This document shows, one piece after another, positions 18,508 to 28,351 of a stretch of DNA of 51,512 nucleotides. The position numbers were made by a program, and so were the translations under genes. The notes beneath the pieces were generated by a model, which did no database searches, was not told the DNA's origin, and saw only the letters and a program-made list of their open reading frames with translations. This stretch comes from Pseudomonadota bacterium. GTDB lineage: Bacteria > Bdellovibrionota_B > Oligoflexia > Oligoflexales > RGVZ01. The stretch covers positions 1 through 51,512 of the forward strand of contig JBEGVZ010000112.1 of the NCBI GenBank assembly GCA_041178085.1. Direction: 5' to 3'. The stretch's first letter is position 1; each line of letters starts with the position of its first letter.

Positions 18508-20565
18508 ATGAACCCCTCACCCCAAAATCGCCCTGTGGTCAGGTTCCTGGCTGCCATGTTCATGGTTTGCACGCTTTTGGGAGTCGCCGCTTCCGCCATA
18601 GCGTGGCGCCTCCTCGATCAGGCCGGCGTATTTCAACCCGATGATCACCTGATCGAAAAAATCACCACCCACGAAACCCGCTCCAACACCATCGTGCTCG
18701 CCCGTGATGGCAGCAAAATCGGAGAATTTTATGAGGTTGACCGGATCTTTGTCCCGTTTACCTCGATCCCGCCCATGATGGTCAACGCCATCATTGCCAT
18801 CGAGGACCAAAACTTCTGGAAACACTATGGAGTGGATCCGCGCGGCATCATGCGGGCGGCGATTGCCAACATCTCGGGAGGCCGGACCAGACAAGGCGCA
18901 AGCACCATCAGCCAGCAGCTGGTCAAGACTTTCATCCTTGGCAAGGAACGCACCTTCAAGCGCAAAGCCCGCGAAATCTTCCTGGCGCTGAAACTTGAGA
19001 GAATGATCGACAAGCGCCGGATCCTGGAACTCTACATGAACGAGATGTTCCTGGGGAATGGAAGCTACGGCATTGCGGCAGCGGCAAAACGTTACTTCAA
19101 CAAATCCGTCAGTCAGCTTGAAACCCACGAAATGGCAGTCATCGCCGGACTTTTTCAATCACCATCGGCTTACAACCCTGTCCGTCACCCTGATCGGGCC
19201 AAGGCGAGGCAGCGACAAGTCCTGCACGCGATGTTGCGCAGCAAATTCATCTCCCGCGAAGAGCGTGACAAGTTGTTTGCAAAGCCACTGCTATACCGGA
19301 GTGCCAGCAGCCGGCAGGATACCAACAGTGCCCCATGGTTCCTGGACCATGTCCGCGAAGAAGCCAACCGGATCCTGGGTTCAGACATCAAGGGAGGCGG
19401 CCTGGTCATCAGCACCACACTCGATCCAGCGCTGCAAGCAATGGCGGTCGAATCCACTGGACTGGCGTCAACGGTGTTCCGGCGTTTTGAACAGGGCAGC
19501 AGGATTGAGGCTGCGCTGCTCGCCACCGACCACGGGACCGGTGCAATCCTTGCCATGTCCGGGGGCAGGGATTATCGCGTGTCGCAGTTTAACCGGACGA
19601 CTGCGGCCCGAAGACATCCAGGCTCTGCATTCAAGACGTTTGTTTATGCGATGGCGCTCAAGCAAGGATGGACTTGGGCGGATCGCCTGTTCATCGATCC
19701 TGTGCAGATCGAGGGATATGCCCCACGCAACATGACGGATGAATTTTTCACCGAGATGACTTTGCTTCGGGCTTTCTACAAGTCATTGAACACGCCGGCC
19801 GTCGAAGTCGCACACAAGCTCGGGGTTGCAAGGCTGGTTCAATTCGCCCAGCAGCTCGGCATCAAGACGCCACTTAAGCAAGAGCTGGGCACGGCCCTTG
19901 GCGGATCGGAAGTGACCATGACCGACATGGCAACTGCATACGGCACAATCGCAAACGACGGGAAAGTTAACGAGCTGTATGCCATTGAGGCGATCAGGGG
20001 CGCGAAGGGAGAAGTCATCTATTCCCGCAGCGCCAGGAAGCAAGAGACCCCGGCGCCGCTCGACCCCGAAACATCTTGGCTGGTCACCGAGGGCTTGCGC
20101 GCAGTGATGCGTCACGGAACAGCCTCAAATGCTGCGCACCTGGCCGCATCGGCGGTTGGGAAAACTGGCACTTCCAACGACAGCGTGGACAACTGGTTCG
20201 CCGGGTACACTGCGGCCGTGACCGCAATTGTCTGGGCTGGACGGGATGACCATCAGCCGATCCATTCGGCCACCGGATCAAGCCTGGCCTTGCCGCTTTG
20301 GCAGCATTTCGTTGCCGGGTCGCTGCAGCAGCCACAATGGAAAAAGCAGTTCAACAAGCCAGATGGTATTGTAGAAGCAAGGATCGATCCGACTTACGGC
20401 CGCCCCGCTGGTGGTGGCATGATGATGGCGTTTCGCGCAGGTTCCCAGCCAAAGGGGAATGCGCGGTTACGCAACGAAGCACCTTCCGGCAACGAAACCG
20501 ATCCGGCCGGCTCGCGTCCCGGATTACGTCAAGGACAAGAAGTCCCCGACATTTTTGCAAGGTGA
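18508..20565 (+). CDS. Class A penicillin-binding protein (PBP1A family)
   Basis: TM anchor; GT51 motifs AIEDQNFWKHYG, GASTISQQLVK, RKAREI; transpeptidase motifs GSAFK, SLN, KTGTSN. Confidence 0.93.
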   Translation: MNPSPQNRPVVRFLAAMFMVCTLLGVAASAIAWRLLDQAGVFQPDDHLIEKITTHETRSNTIVLARDGSKIGEFYEVDRIFVPFTSIPPMMVNAIIAIEDQNFWKHYGVDPRGIMRAAIANISGGRTRQGASTISQQLVKTFILGKERTFKRKAREIFLALKLERMIDKRRILELYMNEMFLGNGSYGIAAAAKRYFNKSVSQLETHEMAVIAGLFQSPSAYNPVRHPDRAKARQRQVLHAMLRSKFISREERDKLFAKPLLYRSASSRQDTNSAPWFLDHVREEANRILGSDIKGGGLVISTTLDPALQAMAVESTGLASTVFRRFEQGSRIEAALLATDHGTGAILAMSGGRDYRVSQFNRTTAARRHPGSAFKTFVYAMALKQGWTWADRLFIDPVQIEGYAPRNMTDEFFTEMTLLRAFYKSLNTPAVEVAHKLGVARLVQFAQQLGIKTPLKQELGTALGGSEVTMTDMATAYGTIANDGKVNELYAIEAIRGAKGEVIYSRSARKQETPAPLDPETSWLVTEGLRAVMRHGTASNAAHLAASAVGKTGTSNDSVDNWFAGYTAAVTAIVWAGRDDHQPIHSATGSSLALPLWQHFVAGSLQQPQWKKQFNKPDGIVEARIDPTYGRPAGGGMMMAFRAGSQPKGNARLRNEAPSGNETDPAGSRPGLRQGQEVPDIFAR

Positions 20566-20568
20566 CTG

Positions 20569-22056
20569 ATGAAACAGACGCTCGTCGTATGCATGTTGGC
20601 AGCCAGCTTGTTGGCATCAAAGGCGGTTGCGCAGGCTTCTACTCCTGGAGGAGCGGAAGAAAACTCACTCGGTTTCAAGACATCCACCCCAAGGCGCATC
20701 CCCGCGCCAGGGCCCAACGTCGCAACACCACGCATCAAGGGTGACTTGAAAAAACTTTGCCGCGACGCATTCTTTCAATATGCGCTGCCGCTCAAAAAAA
20801 TTGCCCGCAAACATGCCGGAACATTTTCAGGGGACGACAGCAAGTCTGCGACAGACATTCTTGCCCTTGACCCAAGCGACTGCGACGACTTGAAACGCAG
20901 GGTCGCACTCATCACGACCCTGAGCAGGACATTGAATACCCATACACAGCTTGCCATTGCCCTGTTGCCGGAACCCACAGGCAATGCTGGAACCGATGCC
21001 GCGTCAGCCGCGATGGAAACCGGGTTGAAATCTGCATTCCCCGCGGCCAACGCAGGCCAACTTCGCATCATGCGTATCCGCGAAACCACCATTAAAAGTG
21101 TCGATGACCTGCTCGAATCGGCGATTTCCCGGGCGTTGTGGACGGAAAAACCAGCACTCCTGATATCCGGCCTTGACCCGGCAATGGATGACTTGCTCGC
21201 TGGATTCGCAAGCGCCGTGGGCATACCAGTCGTAGTCATGGGCCCACCACCGGTCACCGATTCAGACCAGGGGACTGGGAAAGGTGCCAGCCAGGACTTA
21301 AAAAAGAAGAACAAAAAATCCCTGCGCATGTTCCGGATATTCCCCGACCAGGCGCATCTGGCCAGGCTTCTGGCCCAGACGGCATGCAACCGGGGCTTGA
21401 AGAAAGTCGGCATCCTGCGCCCATCCTCGCCGGAATCTGGATCCTTCGCCCGGGCATTTGAAAATACCCTTGCGGGTTGCTCCGGATTTGTGGCGCGAGG
21501 CGGCACTTATGCGAAGCCTGACTATGAGGCAGTCGATGCCGCGGTGAAGCAAATCAGTGAAAGCCTGCAAGGTGGAACCGGAACCGGGATTGTCATCCTT
21601 GATGATGCCCGCATTGCAAGGCACGCGGCCAAGGTCCTGAAGAACCATGGGATCCATGGTGCCGTGTTGATGGGCCACCACCGTTGGCGTTCACCGACCA
21701 TCGTGCAACCGTTCGATACCCTTTTTGAACAATCCGTGTTTGTGGATTACCTGGGCACCAGCAACCTGCCCGAATTCCCTGACGCTGCCACATCCTGGCA
21801 GGCAATCTGGGAGTTGAACGGGAAGCGCGCCGGCCAGCTTGCTGTTGCGACAGTGAACGCAGGCAAAGGCTATCCGAGAAAAAACCTTCATCGCATCATG
21901 GCAACCTTGCCCGCGCCGTCAGATCCGTTCTTTGGCTCAAAGAGCTTTTTTTCGCCGACACAGACAAGCTGGTGGCCAGCCTTTGCCTTCACCATCACCC
22001 GCGGAGCGTTGGCCGCAAACCCCGCCGTCATGCAAGGTGATGCACCACTGCCATGA
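20569..22056 (+). CDS. Exported type-I periplasmic-binding-fold protein, LpoA/LppC-like PBP activator candidate
   Basis: Sec signal; segment MFRIFPDQAHLARLLA...GLKKVGILRP...FARAF typical of PBP1/LppC-type folds; starts 3 nt after PBP1A. Confidence 0.6.
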   Translation: MKQTLVVCMLAASLLASKAVAQASTPGGAEENSLGFKTSTPRRIPAPGPNVATPRIKGDLKKLCRDAFFQYALPLKKIARKHAGTFSGDDSKSATDILALDPSDCDDLKRRVALITTLSRTLNTHTQLAIALLPEPTGNAGTDAASAAMETGLKSAFPAANAGQLRIMRIRETTIKSVDDLLESAISRALWTEKPALLISGLDPAMDDLLAGFASAVGIPVVVMGPPPVTDSDQGTGKGASQDLKKKNKKSLRMFRIFPDQAHLARLLAQTACNRGLKKVGILRPSSPESGSFARAFENTLAGCSGFVARGGTYAKPDYEAVDAAVKQISESLQGGTGTGIVILDDARIARHAAKVLKNHGIHGAVLMGHHRWRSPTIVQPFDTLFEQSVFVDYLGTSNLPEFPDAATSWQAIWELNGKRAGQLAVATVNAGKGYPRKNLHRIMATLPAPSDPFFGSKSFFSPTQTSWWPAFAFTITRGALAANPAVMQGDAPLP

Positions 22057-23156
22057 AAAACCTTGTCCGAATCGCAATGATCATGGTGGCCGCCCTGCCA
22101 CCGGGGCACGCCCTGGCGTCAGAGTCCGTCGTCGACAAGGCCGTGGGTAAAGACACTGCACCGGCCCAGCAAGCGCCAAAAAGCGGCTTTGTGCCGATCC
22201 CTGCTTTTTACTACACGCCGGAAACAGAACTCGCGGCCGGAGGCCTGCTGATCTATTACTTCCGCAATGAAGACGATCCAGTGGATGCCAAGCCGTCGCA
22301 AATCAAACCGCTCGTCATCACAACGGAGAAAAAACAGCTGATCACTTCTTTCCTGGTCAGCCGACGCTGGAACCAAGGCAGAGACCATGCCTCGGTTTTC
22401 ACGCGGTATCGCCGCTATCCCGACAAGATCTGGGCAACAGGACCAGATTCCCGGAAACAAACCGAGGAGCAGTACTCTGCAGACCTCGTGTCGATCGACG
22501 CACTGTGGGAACGGGATACCGGAACTGGATGGAGCGCCGGTCCAGTGGTGAACTTCAGCGGTTACGACATCACCAGTAAAGAGGATCAAGGCATCCTTGC
22601 GGACAGCGACCTGGCTGGACGCGATAGAAGCAGGACGGCGGGTGTAGGCGTCACCCTGTCGCGGGACACGCGGGACAACTTGTTCGCCGCAAGTTCTGGC
22701 GCGATGGACGGACTTCGCCTGGTTCGCTTCAATTCGTTCACTGATTTTCAGCTCGACGCGCGCCGCTATGTCAACCTTGCTGGCGGCCAGGTAGTCGCAG
22801 CGCGGCTGTCCGCCCGGTTGCAAGAGGGAGAGGTGCCGTTTCGTGAGCTGGCCAGCCTTGGTGGCCCAGAACAAATGCGCGGTTTCTATGAAGGACGCTT
22901 TCGCGACAAAACAGCGCTGACCTCGGAAGTTGAGTACCGCTTTCCATTATGGTGGAATTTCCGCGGCGCGGCCTTCGCGTCGACAGGGAACGTGGGAGGA
23001 AACTTCGTCAGCCTGTTCAATTCCGAATTCAAGTCCGCATGGGGAGGCGGGGTTCGCTTTGTCGTCGATCAGGACGAGAGAATCGCGATCCGTGTCGACT
23101 ATGGGAAGACTAGCGAATCAGAGGGATTTTACGTCCAGCTCAACGAAGCGTTTTAA
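22053..23156 (+). CDS. Omp85 (BamA/TamA superfamily) outer-membrane barrel without POTRA domains
   Basis: Signal peptide, amphipathic strands, LGG..MRGFYEGRFRD (VRGY-like lid motif), IRVDYG, C-terminal beta-signal QLNEAF. ATGA overlap with the upstream gene. Confidence 0.85.
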   Translation: MKNLVRIAMIMVAALPPGHALASESVVDKAVGKDTAPAQQAPKSGFVPIPAFYYTPETELAAGGLLIYYFRNEDDPVDAKPSQIKPLVITTEKKQLITSFLVSRRWNQGRDHASVFTRYRRYPDKIWATGPDSRKQTEEQYSADLVSIDALWERDTGTGWSAGPVVNFSGYDITSKEDQGILADSDLAGRDRSRTAGVGVTLSRDTRDNLFAASSGAMDGLRLVRFNSFTDFQLDARRYVNLAGGQVVAARLSARLQEGEVPFRELASLGGPEQMRGFYEGRFRDKTALTSEVEYRFPLWWNFRGAAFASTGNVGGNFVSLFNSEFKSAWGGGVRFVVDQDERIAIRVDYGKTSESEGFYVQLNEAF

Positions 23157-23157
23157 T

Positions 23158-24003
23158 TCAAAGGTGCGCAAGCGTGGCAAAGCCAAACCGCGCGAGCAAT
23201 GGTTCCAGGGCTTTTGCCCCGGGATCAAGGCGTGTCACGAAGGCAGTGCCGGCGGCAGGTACGGATGCTGTCCGCTCCTGTTCATTCCTGATGCGTGACA
23301 GGGTGGATGACTCCTGGGCAAGAGCCTTCACGCGGGCTGCCACTGCGCTTCCAGAGTCGATCCAACGGACGGGCCAGGGCGCAACTGCCTTCAGTTCATC
23401 AAGCAGAAGCGGAAAGTGGGTGCAGCCAAGCACCACGGCGTCCAGGCGCGCGCCTGCAGGCAATTGGGTACCAGCAGCAAACAAGGGCTCAATTTCGCGC
23501 AAGACTTCTGCCGGATTCACCGCCTTCCCGCGTCCTTTTTCCTCGGCCAGCTCAACCAAGCGGGAACTGCCAACGCGGACCACAGTGCAATCGCCAGCGA
23601 ATTGGTGGATCAGTTCGTCAACGTATTGTCGCTTGACCGTAGCCGGGGTCGCCAGCAAACCGATCACGCGGGAGGTCGATCCCGCCGCCGCCGGTTTGAT
23701 GGCTGGTACGACCCCAACCACCGGCACCTGCAGATGAGCCCGTAGCAGCCCCAGGGCAACCGTGCTTGCGGTGTTACATGCAATCACCAGGATGTCGATG
23801 GCGCACCGGTCAACAAAGCGAGCGCAAACATCCAGCGTCCGGTTGGCAATGACTTGGTCAGCCTTGGTGCCGTATGGGTGAAACTCGTTGTCTGAACAGT
23901 AAAAACTGGCTGAATCGGGCAAGGCGACGCGGATCGCATGGTGAACGGTCAATCCGCCCACGCCGGAGTCAAACACACCGATGGATATTCCTGAACCGTT
24001 CAT
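23158..24003 (-). CDS. murI: Glutamate racemase
   Basis: IGVFDSGVGGLTV, PYGTK, IACNTAS, VVPAIKPA, VLGCTHFP, IDSG. Confidence 0.96.
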   Translation of the reverse strand: MNGSGISIGVFDSGVGGLTVHHAIRVALPDSASFYCSDNEFHPYGTKADQVIANRTLDVCARFVDRCAIDILVIACNTASTVALGLLRAHLQVPVVGVVPAIKPAAAGSTSRVIGLLATPATVKRQYVDELIHQFAGDCTVVRVGSSRLVELAEEKGRGKAVNPAEVLREIEPLFAAGTQLPAGARLDAVVLGCTHFPLLLDELKAVAPWPVRWIDSGSAVAARVKALAQESSTLSRIRNEQERTASVPAAGTAFVTRLDPGAKALEPLLARFGFATLAHL

Positions 24004-24023
24004 CTAGCCGAGGTTAACACGCT

Positions 24024-24848
24024 TCAGTTGGCGCGGGCCAGCCGGACTGGATCTTCCTGGTGAGAGGTGATCAGCGCATTGATCCTGCTGCGTACGGCAG
24101 GGGTATACCCGACGCCGAAAAGAGACTCGTGCCGCAGGATGACAATGGGACGCAAACGACGCGGCAGCGCAGAGGAAGAAACCACTTCAATGCCGCCCGT
24201 CTTCCGTCCCGGGATAAAACGAGAAGCGTGGATGTAATCAAACTTGTCCGGCCCGTGGCGCCGCAGGAAAATCACCACGTGGTCCTTCAACACCACGAGA
24301 TCCCCCGGCCGTGCATGCACAAGATCCCTGCCAACCGGCTTGAAAACTTTTGATTTGCGGGAGCCCAGGCTCTGGCTGGTGACCCGGCCGGTTTGCAGAC
24401 CCGCTGCGGACATCACCCGCGAGACGAATCCAGAGCAGTCAAGGCCACACTGCTCGCAGGCTGGACAGGACGCCTTGCGTTGGTAGGGGTTGAGTTTGCG
24501 CTTTTCAATGCAGCGCTTGCAGGCCGCGCACACGACTGGGCTGCTGGTGGTTCGTCCGCCCCAGACATAAGGTATCTCTTCACGGCGGCTGAGCGCGTTG
24601 GCAGCATCGAGCAAGGCCAGGAGAGACTGCTCCGCTGGCGAGGCTAACGCCGGCCGGACAGCTCTGACTGCACCGGGGCTGCGCCCTTTACTGGCCTTCG
24701 GCGAGGCTACTGCCGGGGTTGCCATGACGGTGAGCAACAGAGAAAGCGCCGCAAGCCAAGGCAGCAGGCGCTGAAAGGACCTGGATTTTGTACGAGCGAA
24801 AGACACGAAAGCGTTGCGCCCCAATGGTTTCAAGGAACCGATCCACAC
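24024..24848 (-). CDS. Secreted NlpC/P60 family cell-wall peptidase with a Cys-rich insertion
   Basis: Signal peptide, PYVWGG, GLDCSGFV (catalytic Cys), PGDLV, DHVVIF (His), IHAS. Start uncertain. Confidence 0.87.
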   Translation of the reverse strand: MWIGSLKPLGRNAFVSFARTKSRSFQRLLPWLAALSLLLTVMATPAVASPKASKGRSPGAVRAVRPALASPAEQSLLALLDAANALSRREEIPYVWGGRTTSSPVVCAACKRCIEKRKLNPYQRKASCPACEQCGLDCSGFVSRVMSAAGLQTGRVTSQSLGSRKSKVFKPVGRDLVHARPGDLVVLKDHVVIFLRRHGPDKFDYIHASRFIPGRKTGGIEVVSSSALPRRLRPIVILRHESLFGVGYTPAVRSRINALITSHQEDPVRLARAN

Positions 24849-24944
24849 GGGCGCGTTGATATGCTAAAAGCTTTGCCGTGTCAAACCGGGCGACCGGCTC
24901 GGGTTGACAATGGGGGCTGTCAAGTTTGGGAGAAAAAGCTCCAA

Positions 24945-25886
24945 GTGGCTGAACTTAGGAACATAATCCAGAGAAAAATCCCGGAACGGGTGGTTTCCCG
25001 GTTTGCCCCCGGGATTACCGGGCACCTGCACCTGGGGCACGTGGTGTCGGCCCTGTATGTCTTTGGCATCACCAGGGCCGTTGGTGGCGTCGTCCTGTTA
25101 CGGGCAGAGGACCACGACCGGACCCGTTTCCGGAGTGAGTTTGATGATGCGATCCGGGACGATCTGGCCTGGCTGGGAATGGTTCCGGACCGCTCCCCTT
25201 GGCCTGGCCTTGGCAAATTAGACCCCAGCCTGCGCCAGGCAAACCGCGAAGAACGGTACCGGGAAAAATTGAATGAACTTGCCGGAAGAGGGCTCACCTA
25301 TCCGTGCGATTGTCCACGCCGTCGTCTGGTCGCAAACGACGAAGGCGAATTGGTCTACGATGGTCACTGCCGGGGTCGATCACAGGAGATGGCCGGGGAC
25401 CATGGCTTCCGCATCGTCATGCCAGACCGGGCATTTGCCTTCGAAGACCTGGCCGTGGGCAAGCAAGAGCAAAACCCGGCGCGCCAGACTGGAGACATCC
25501 TGGCGCGGGATCGCCACGATTGCTGGACCTACCAGTTCGCGTGCACGGTCGACGACCTGGACCAGGAGGTAAACCTGGTCATCCGGGGTGAGGATTTATT
25601 ACCTTCAACCGGACGGCAGCTGGCATTGCGGGAATATTTTTCGCCCGCAGCAAATGCACCGGTTTACTTGCACCATCCCCTGCTCACAGACCCGTCGGGG
25701 CAGAAACTGGGCAAGCGTTTTATGTCGGAATCGATCACCAGCCGCCGAACTGCAGGAATCAGTGCCGAAACGGTGCTGGGTGAAGCCGCGTTCGCTGCTG
25801 GTAAAATCGACGGTCCGCGTCCCATGGAACTTGCAGAGGCTTTGGCGCTGTTTTCAAACTGGAGACATCTTCATGGCGGAACTTGA
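24945..25886 (+). CDS. gluQ: tRNA glutamyl-Q(34) synthetase (GluRS paralogue lacking the anticodon domain)
   Basis: RFAP..TGHLHLGH, LRAEDHD, YPCDCPR...YDGHC zinc site, TYQFACTVDD, VIRGEDLL, KLGKR; ~310 aa. GTG start at 24945 assumed. Confidence 0.85.
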   Translation: MAELRNIIQRKIPERVVSRFAPGITGHLHLGHVVSALYVFGITRAVGGVVLLRAEDHDRTRFRSEFDDAIRDDLAWLGMVPDRSPWPGLGKLDPSLRQANREERYREKLNELAGRGLTYPCDCPRRRLVANDEGELVYDGHCRGRSQEMAGDHGFRIVMPDRAFAFEDLAVGKQEQNPARQTGDILARDRHDCWTYQFACTVDDLDQEVNLVIRGEDLLPSTGRQLALREYFSPAANAPVYLHHPLLTDPSGQKLGKRFMSESITSRRTAGISAETVLGEAAFAAGKIDGPRPMELAEALALFSNWRHLHGGT

Positions 25887-26814
25887 ACTGATCGAGTGGA
25901 TCAAAAGTCGCATCAACAGCGAAGCGGCAAAAGCTGGTGGACCGGTTATCTTAGGACCGGGTGACGATGCTGGTGTGGTCAAACTTGCACCGACCACAGT
26001 TGCGGCCGCGGACATGCTTCTGGACGGCGTTCACTTTGACCTGCACACCACGCCCCCTGGACTTGCAGGGCGGAAGGCGCTCGCCGTAAACCTGAGTGAT
26101 CTTGCCGCCATGGGAGCCGTGCCAGTGTGCGCACTGGTCAGTGTGGCCTTGCCACAGGACGGGGCGCCAAGCCTCGGGCGGGACATCATGACGGGTATCC
26201 TGGAACTGGCCCAGGAATGCGGAGTCGCCATTCTGGGGGGAGACACCAACTCGTGGCACGGCAAGACCGTGATCGCTGTGACGGTGCTCGGCCAGCCATT
26301 ACCGGGCAAAGAGCTTCTGCTACGCTCTGGAGCCCAACCGGGGGACTGGCTGCTGGTCACCGGGGCGCTGGGTGGCAGCCTTGGTCCAGAACGGCGCGGA
26401 CGGCACCTGACATTCAGCCCTCGCCTGGAGGAAGCCGCCACCCTGCATCTGAATTTTGCCCTGACATCGATGATTGACGTCAGCGACGGAGTCGCCACCG
26501 ACGCCCGGCATCTGGCAAAAGAAAGCAATGTTTCCGTCTGGTTGGAGCGAAACTCGATACCTGTTTCCAGCGACGTTGCATACTCGAACGGGGAAGACCG
26601 GGTCATGCGGGCGTTGTGTGACGGGGAGGACTTCGAGTTGCTTTTTACGGCTGCGCCGGATACTGCCCGGAAAATCCTGCAGGCACAGCCCCTCGGAGGG
26701 GTCGCCGTGACCAGGATCGGCGAGGTCCGTGCCGGAGCGCCGGGACTTTTCTGGATGGACGGCCAGCCCGTGGAAGCCCGGGGCTATGAACACGGCACTG
26801 TGGACGGGCGTTGA
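25873..26814 (+). CDS. thiL: Thiamine-monophosphate kinase
   Basis: GPGDDA, DMLLDGVHF, AVNLSDLAAMGA, GGDT, IDVSDG, GEDFELLF, GYEH. Confidence 0.95.
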   Translation: MAELELIEWIKSRINSEAAKAGGPVILGPGDDAGVVKLAPTTVAAADMLLDGVHFDLHTTPPGLAGRKALAVNLSDLAAMGAVPVCALVSVALPQDGAPSLGRDIMTGILELAQECGVAILGGDTNSWHGKTVIAVTVLGQPLPGKELLLRSGAQPGDWLLVTGALGGSLGPERRGRHLTFSPRLEEAATLHLNFALTSMIDVSDGVATDARHLAKESNVSVWLERNSIPVSSDVAYSNGEDRVMRALCDGEDFELLFTAAPDTARKILQAQPLGGVAVTRIGEVRAGAPGLFWMDGQPVEARGYEHGTVDGR

Positions 26815-26869
26815 AAATTCACTTACCTTGATCGCAAGGTTTCAAGCAGCTCAGGAAAAAGACCAGGAA

Positions 26870-27463
26870 ATGAATGAAACGCTCGGTCCAGGCAGCGGTT
26901 TTACGGCATCCCACGAAACAGGTGCGGGTTTTTTGGCCATGAACCGCGAGGACATCATCATCGAACCAATCCAGGATGCGGAGGAATGGTCTGCCTGCGA
27001 GATCATTCGCCGAAACCTGCAGGTCTATGAGGAAGCTGGTTCTGTTCTCGCGTCCACCTTCAGAAGACTGGATGCCTTCCACGACATCTACACCGCAACC
27101 GGAGCGCAGTACCTGGTCGCCAAGGATCAAGTTCGAGAAGGTCTTTGCGTCGGTGGAGTCGGCGTTGGCCCTCTGCAAGGACTGCCACCGGATGAGGGCG
27201 TCGGAGAAATCCGGGACCTCGTGCTTGAGGAAGCTTACCGTGGAAGGGGTATCGGAACCCGGCTTCTGAAACGTGCACTCGAGGAAGCCAGAAAGTTGGG
27301 CTACCGCCGTCTGTACCTTGAGACGACGCCCCAGATGCACAATGCCCGGCAATTGTTCCTGCGTTTCGGCTTCAGGCCGGTAACGGTCGGCGGTTCAGGG
27401 AAAGTCGACCAGATCGAACGGCTGCCCTGCTACTTCGTGCTGGAAGATTTAAGCCGGTCCTGA
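26870..27463 (+). CDS. GNAT family N-acetyltransferase
   Basis: Acetyl-CoA motif YRGRGIGTRLL, LYLETT, ARQLFLRFGF. Start could be 26939. Confidence 0.87.
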   Translation: MNETLGPGSGFTASHETGAGFLAMNREDIIIEPIQDAEEWSACEIIRRNLQVYEEAGSVLASTFRRLDAFHDIYTATGAQYLVAKDQVREGLCVGGVGVGPLQGLPPDEGVGEIRDLVLEEAYRGRGIGTRLLKRALEEARKLGYRRLYLETTPQMHNARQLFLRFGFRPVTVGGSGKVDQIERLPCYFVLEDLSRS

Positions 27464-27470
27464 GACCGGC
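27453..27470. terminator. Short hairpin between convergent genes (possible terminator)
   Basis: GCCGGTC-ctga-GACCGGC spanning the GNAT stop codon; no clear U-tract. Confidence 0.3.
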
Positions 27471-27496
27471 CCTGCAAACCAACTGACTTTCAAACA

Positions 27497-28237
27497 TCAG
27501 AACTTGATCCGCGGTCCGATAACGATCTGCGGAATATTCACGCTGGCAATCCGCTTGACCCTGGTCGTGTTCCGGGTGCCGGCCTCGACGGTTTCCGCCG
27601 GACTTACGTCAAATTCCATGTGACGAAGCTCCCCACCCACATTGAATCCAAAGTTTTTGCTGAAATTGAAGGTGTAGTGGTAACCGATCATGGCAGCCAG
27701 GCCGACGATGGTTTCGGTGGACTCGACCGTGTCACCGTTATCACGCTCCCCGGAATAGCTGGCGAAAACCGGCCCAACGCCAATCTTCCACGTCGAGAAG
27801 GAGCTCTGGCTTGCCGCGCTTCCCAGGCCAAACTTGGCCATCATTCCGAACTTGATCGGCAGGGTGACCTTCTCGTCCCCACTTGCCGGCGCCAACGTAA
27901 AACCGGCGCGCCCGAAGAACAATTCCGCCGATGCCTCAATGCGATTGAACCTGCCGGTTTGACTGGTATATCCGGGCTCAATGCCGGCCTGGAAGGCGAT
28001 CCCCGGAGCGCCACCGGACTGGGTCGGCCTGGCCTGACCAAAGCCGATCCCGAACGCGAGGGTCATCCCTGAATCGCCTTCATGGCTGACAACGTCCTTA
28101 TCGTACTTGGCGGATACAGAGTCCCGGTACTCCTCGAGTTCCGGATCCTTTGGCACGGGAGCGCCCGCGGCCATACCAGCCCATGCGAAGGCCCCGGAAA
28201 CCGCCACCAACGCGATTGACGAACGATAAGACCTCAT
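27497..28237 (-). CDS. Outer-membrane beta-barrel protein (small, about 8 strands)
   Basis: Sec signal, alternating hydrophobic strands, C-terminal IGPRIKF ending in Phe. Confidence 0.75.
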   Translation of the reverse strand: MRSYRSSIALVAVSGAFAWAGMAAGAPVPKDPELEEYRDSVSAKYDKDVVSHEGDSGMTLAFGIGFGQARPTQSGGAPGIAFQAGIEPGYTSQTGRFNRIEASAELFFGRAGFTLAPASGDEKVTLPIKFGMMAKFGLGSAASQSSFSTWKIGVGPVFASYSGERDNGDTVESTETIVGLAAMIGYHYTFNFSKNFGFNVGGELRHMEFDVSPAETVEAGTRNTTRVKRIASVNIPQIVIGPRIKF

Positions 28238-28351
28238 GCAGATTCCCTTCAGCGAAGCGAGGTTTGACATTTACACTTGCCAGCGCCGGCCGATTCTAAT
28301 ATTTCCTGCCAGCTCAAGCATTTGTGTTATTTTCTGGGAGCTTAACAAGCC

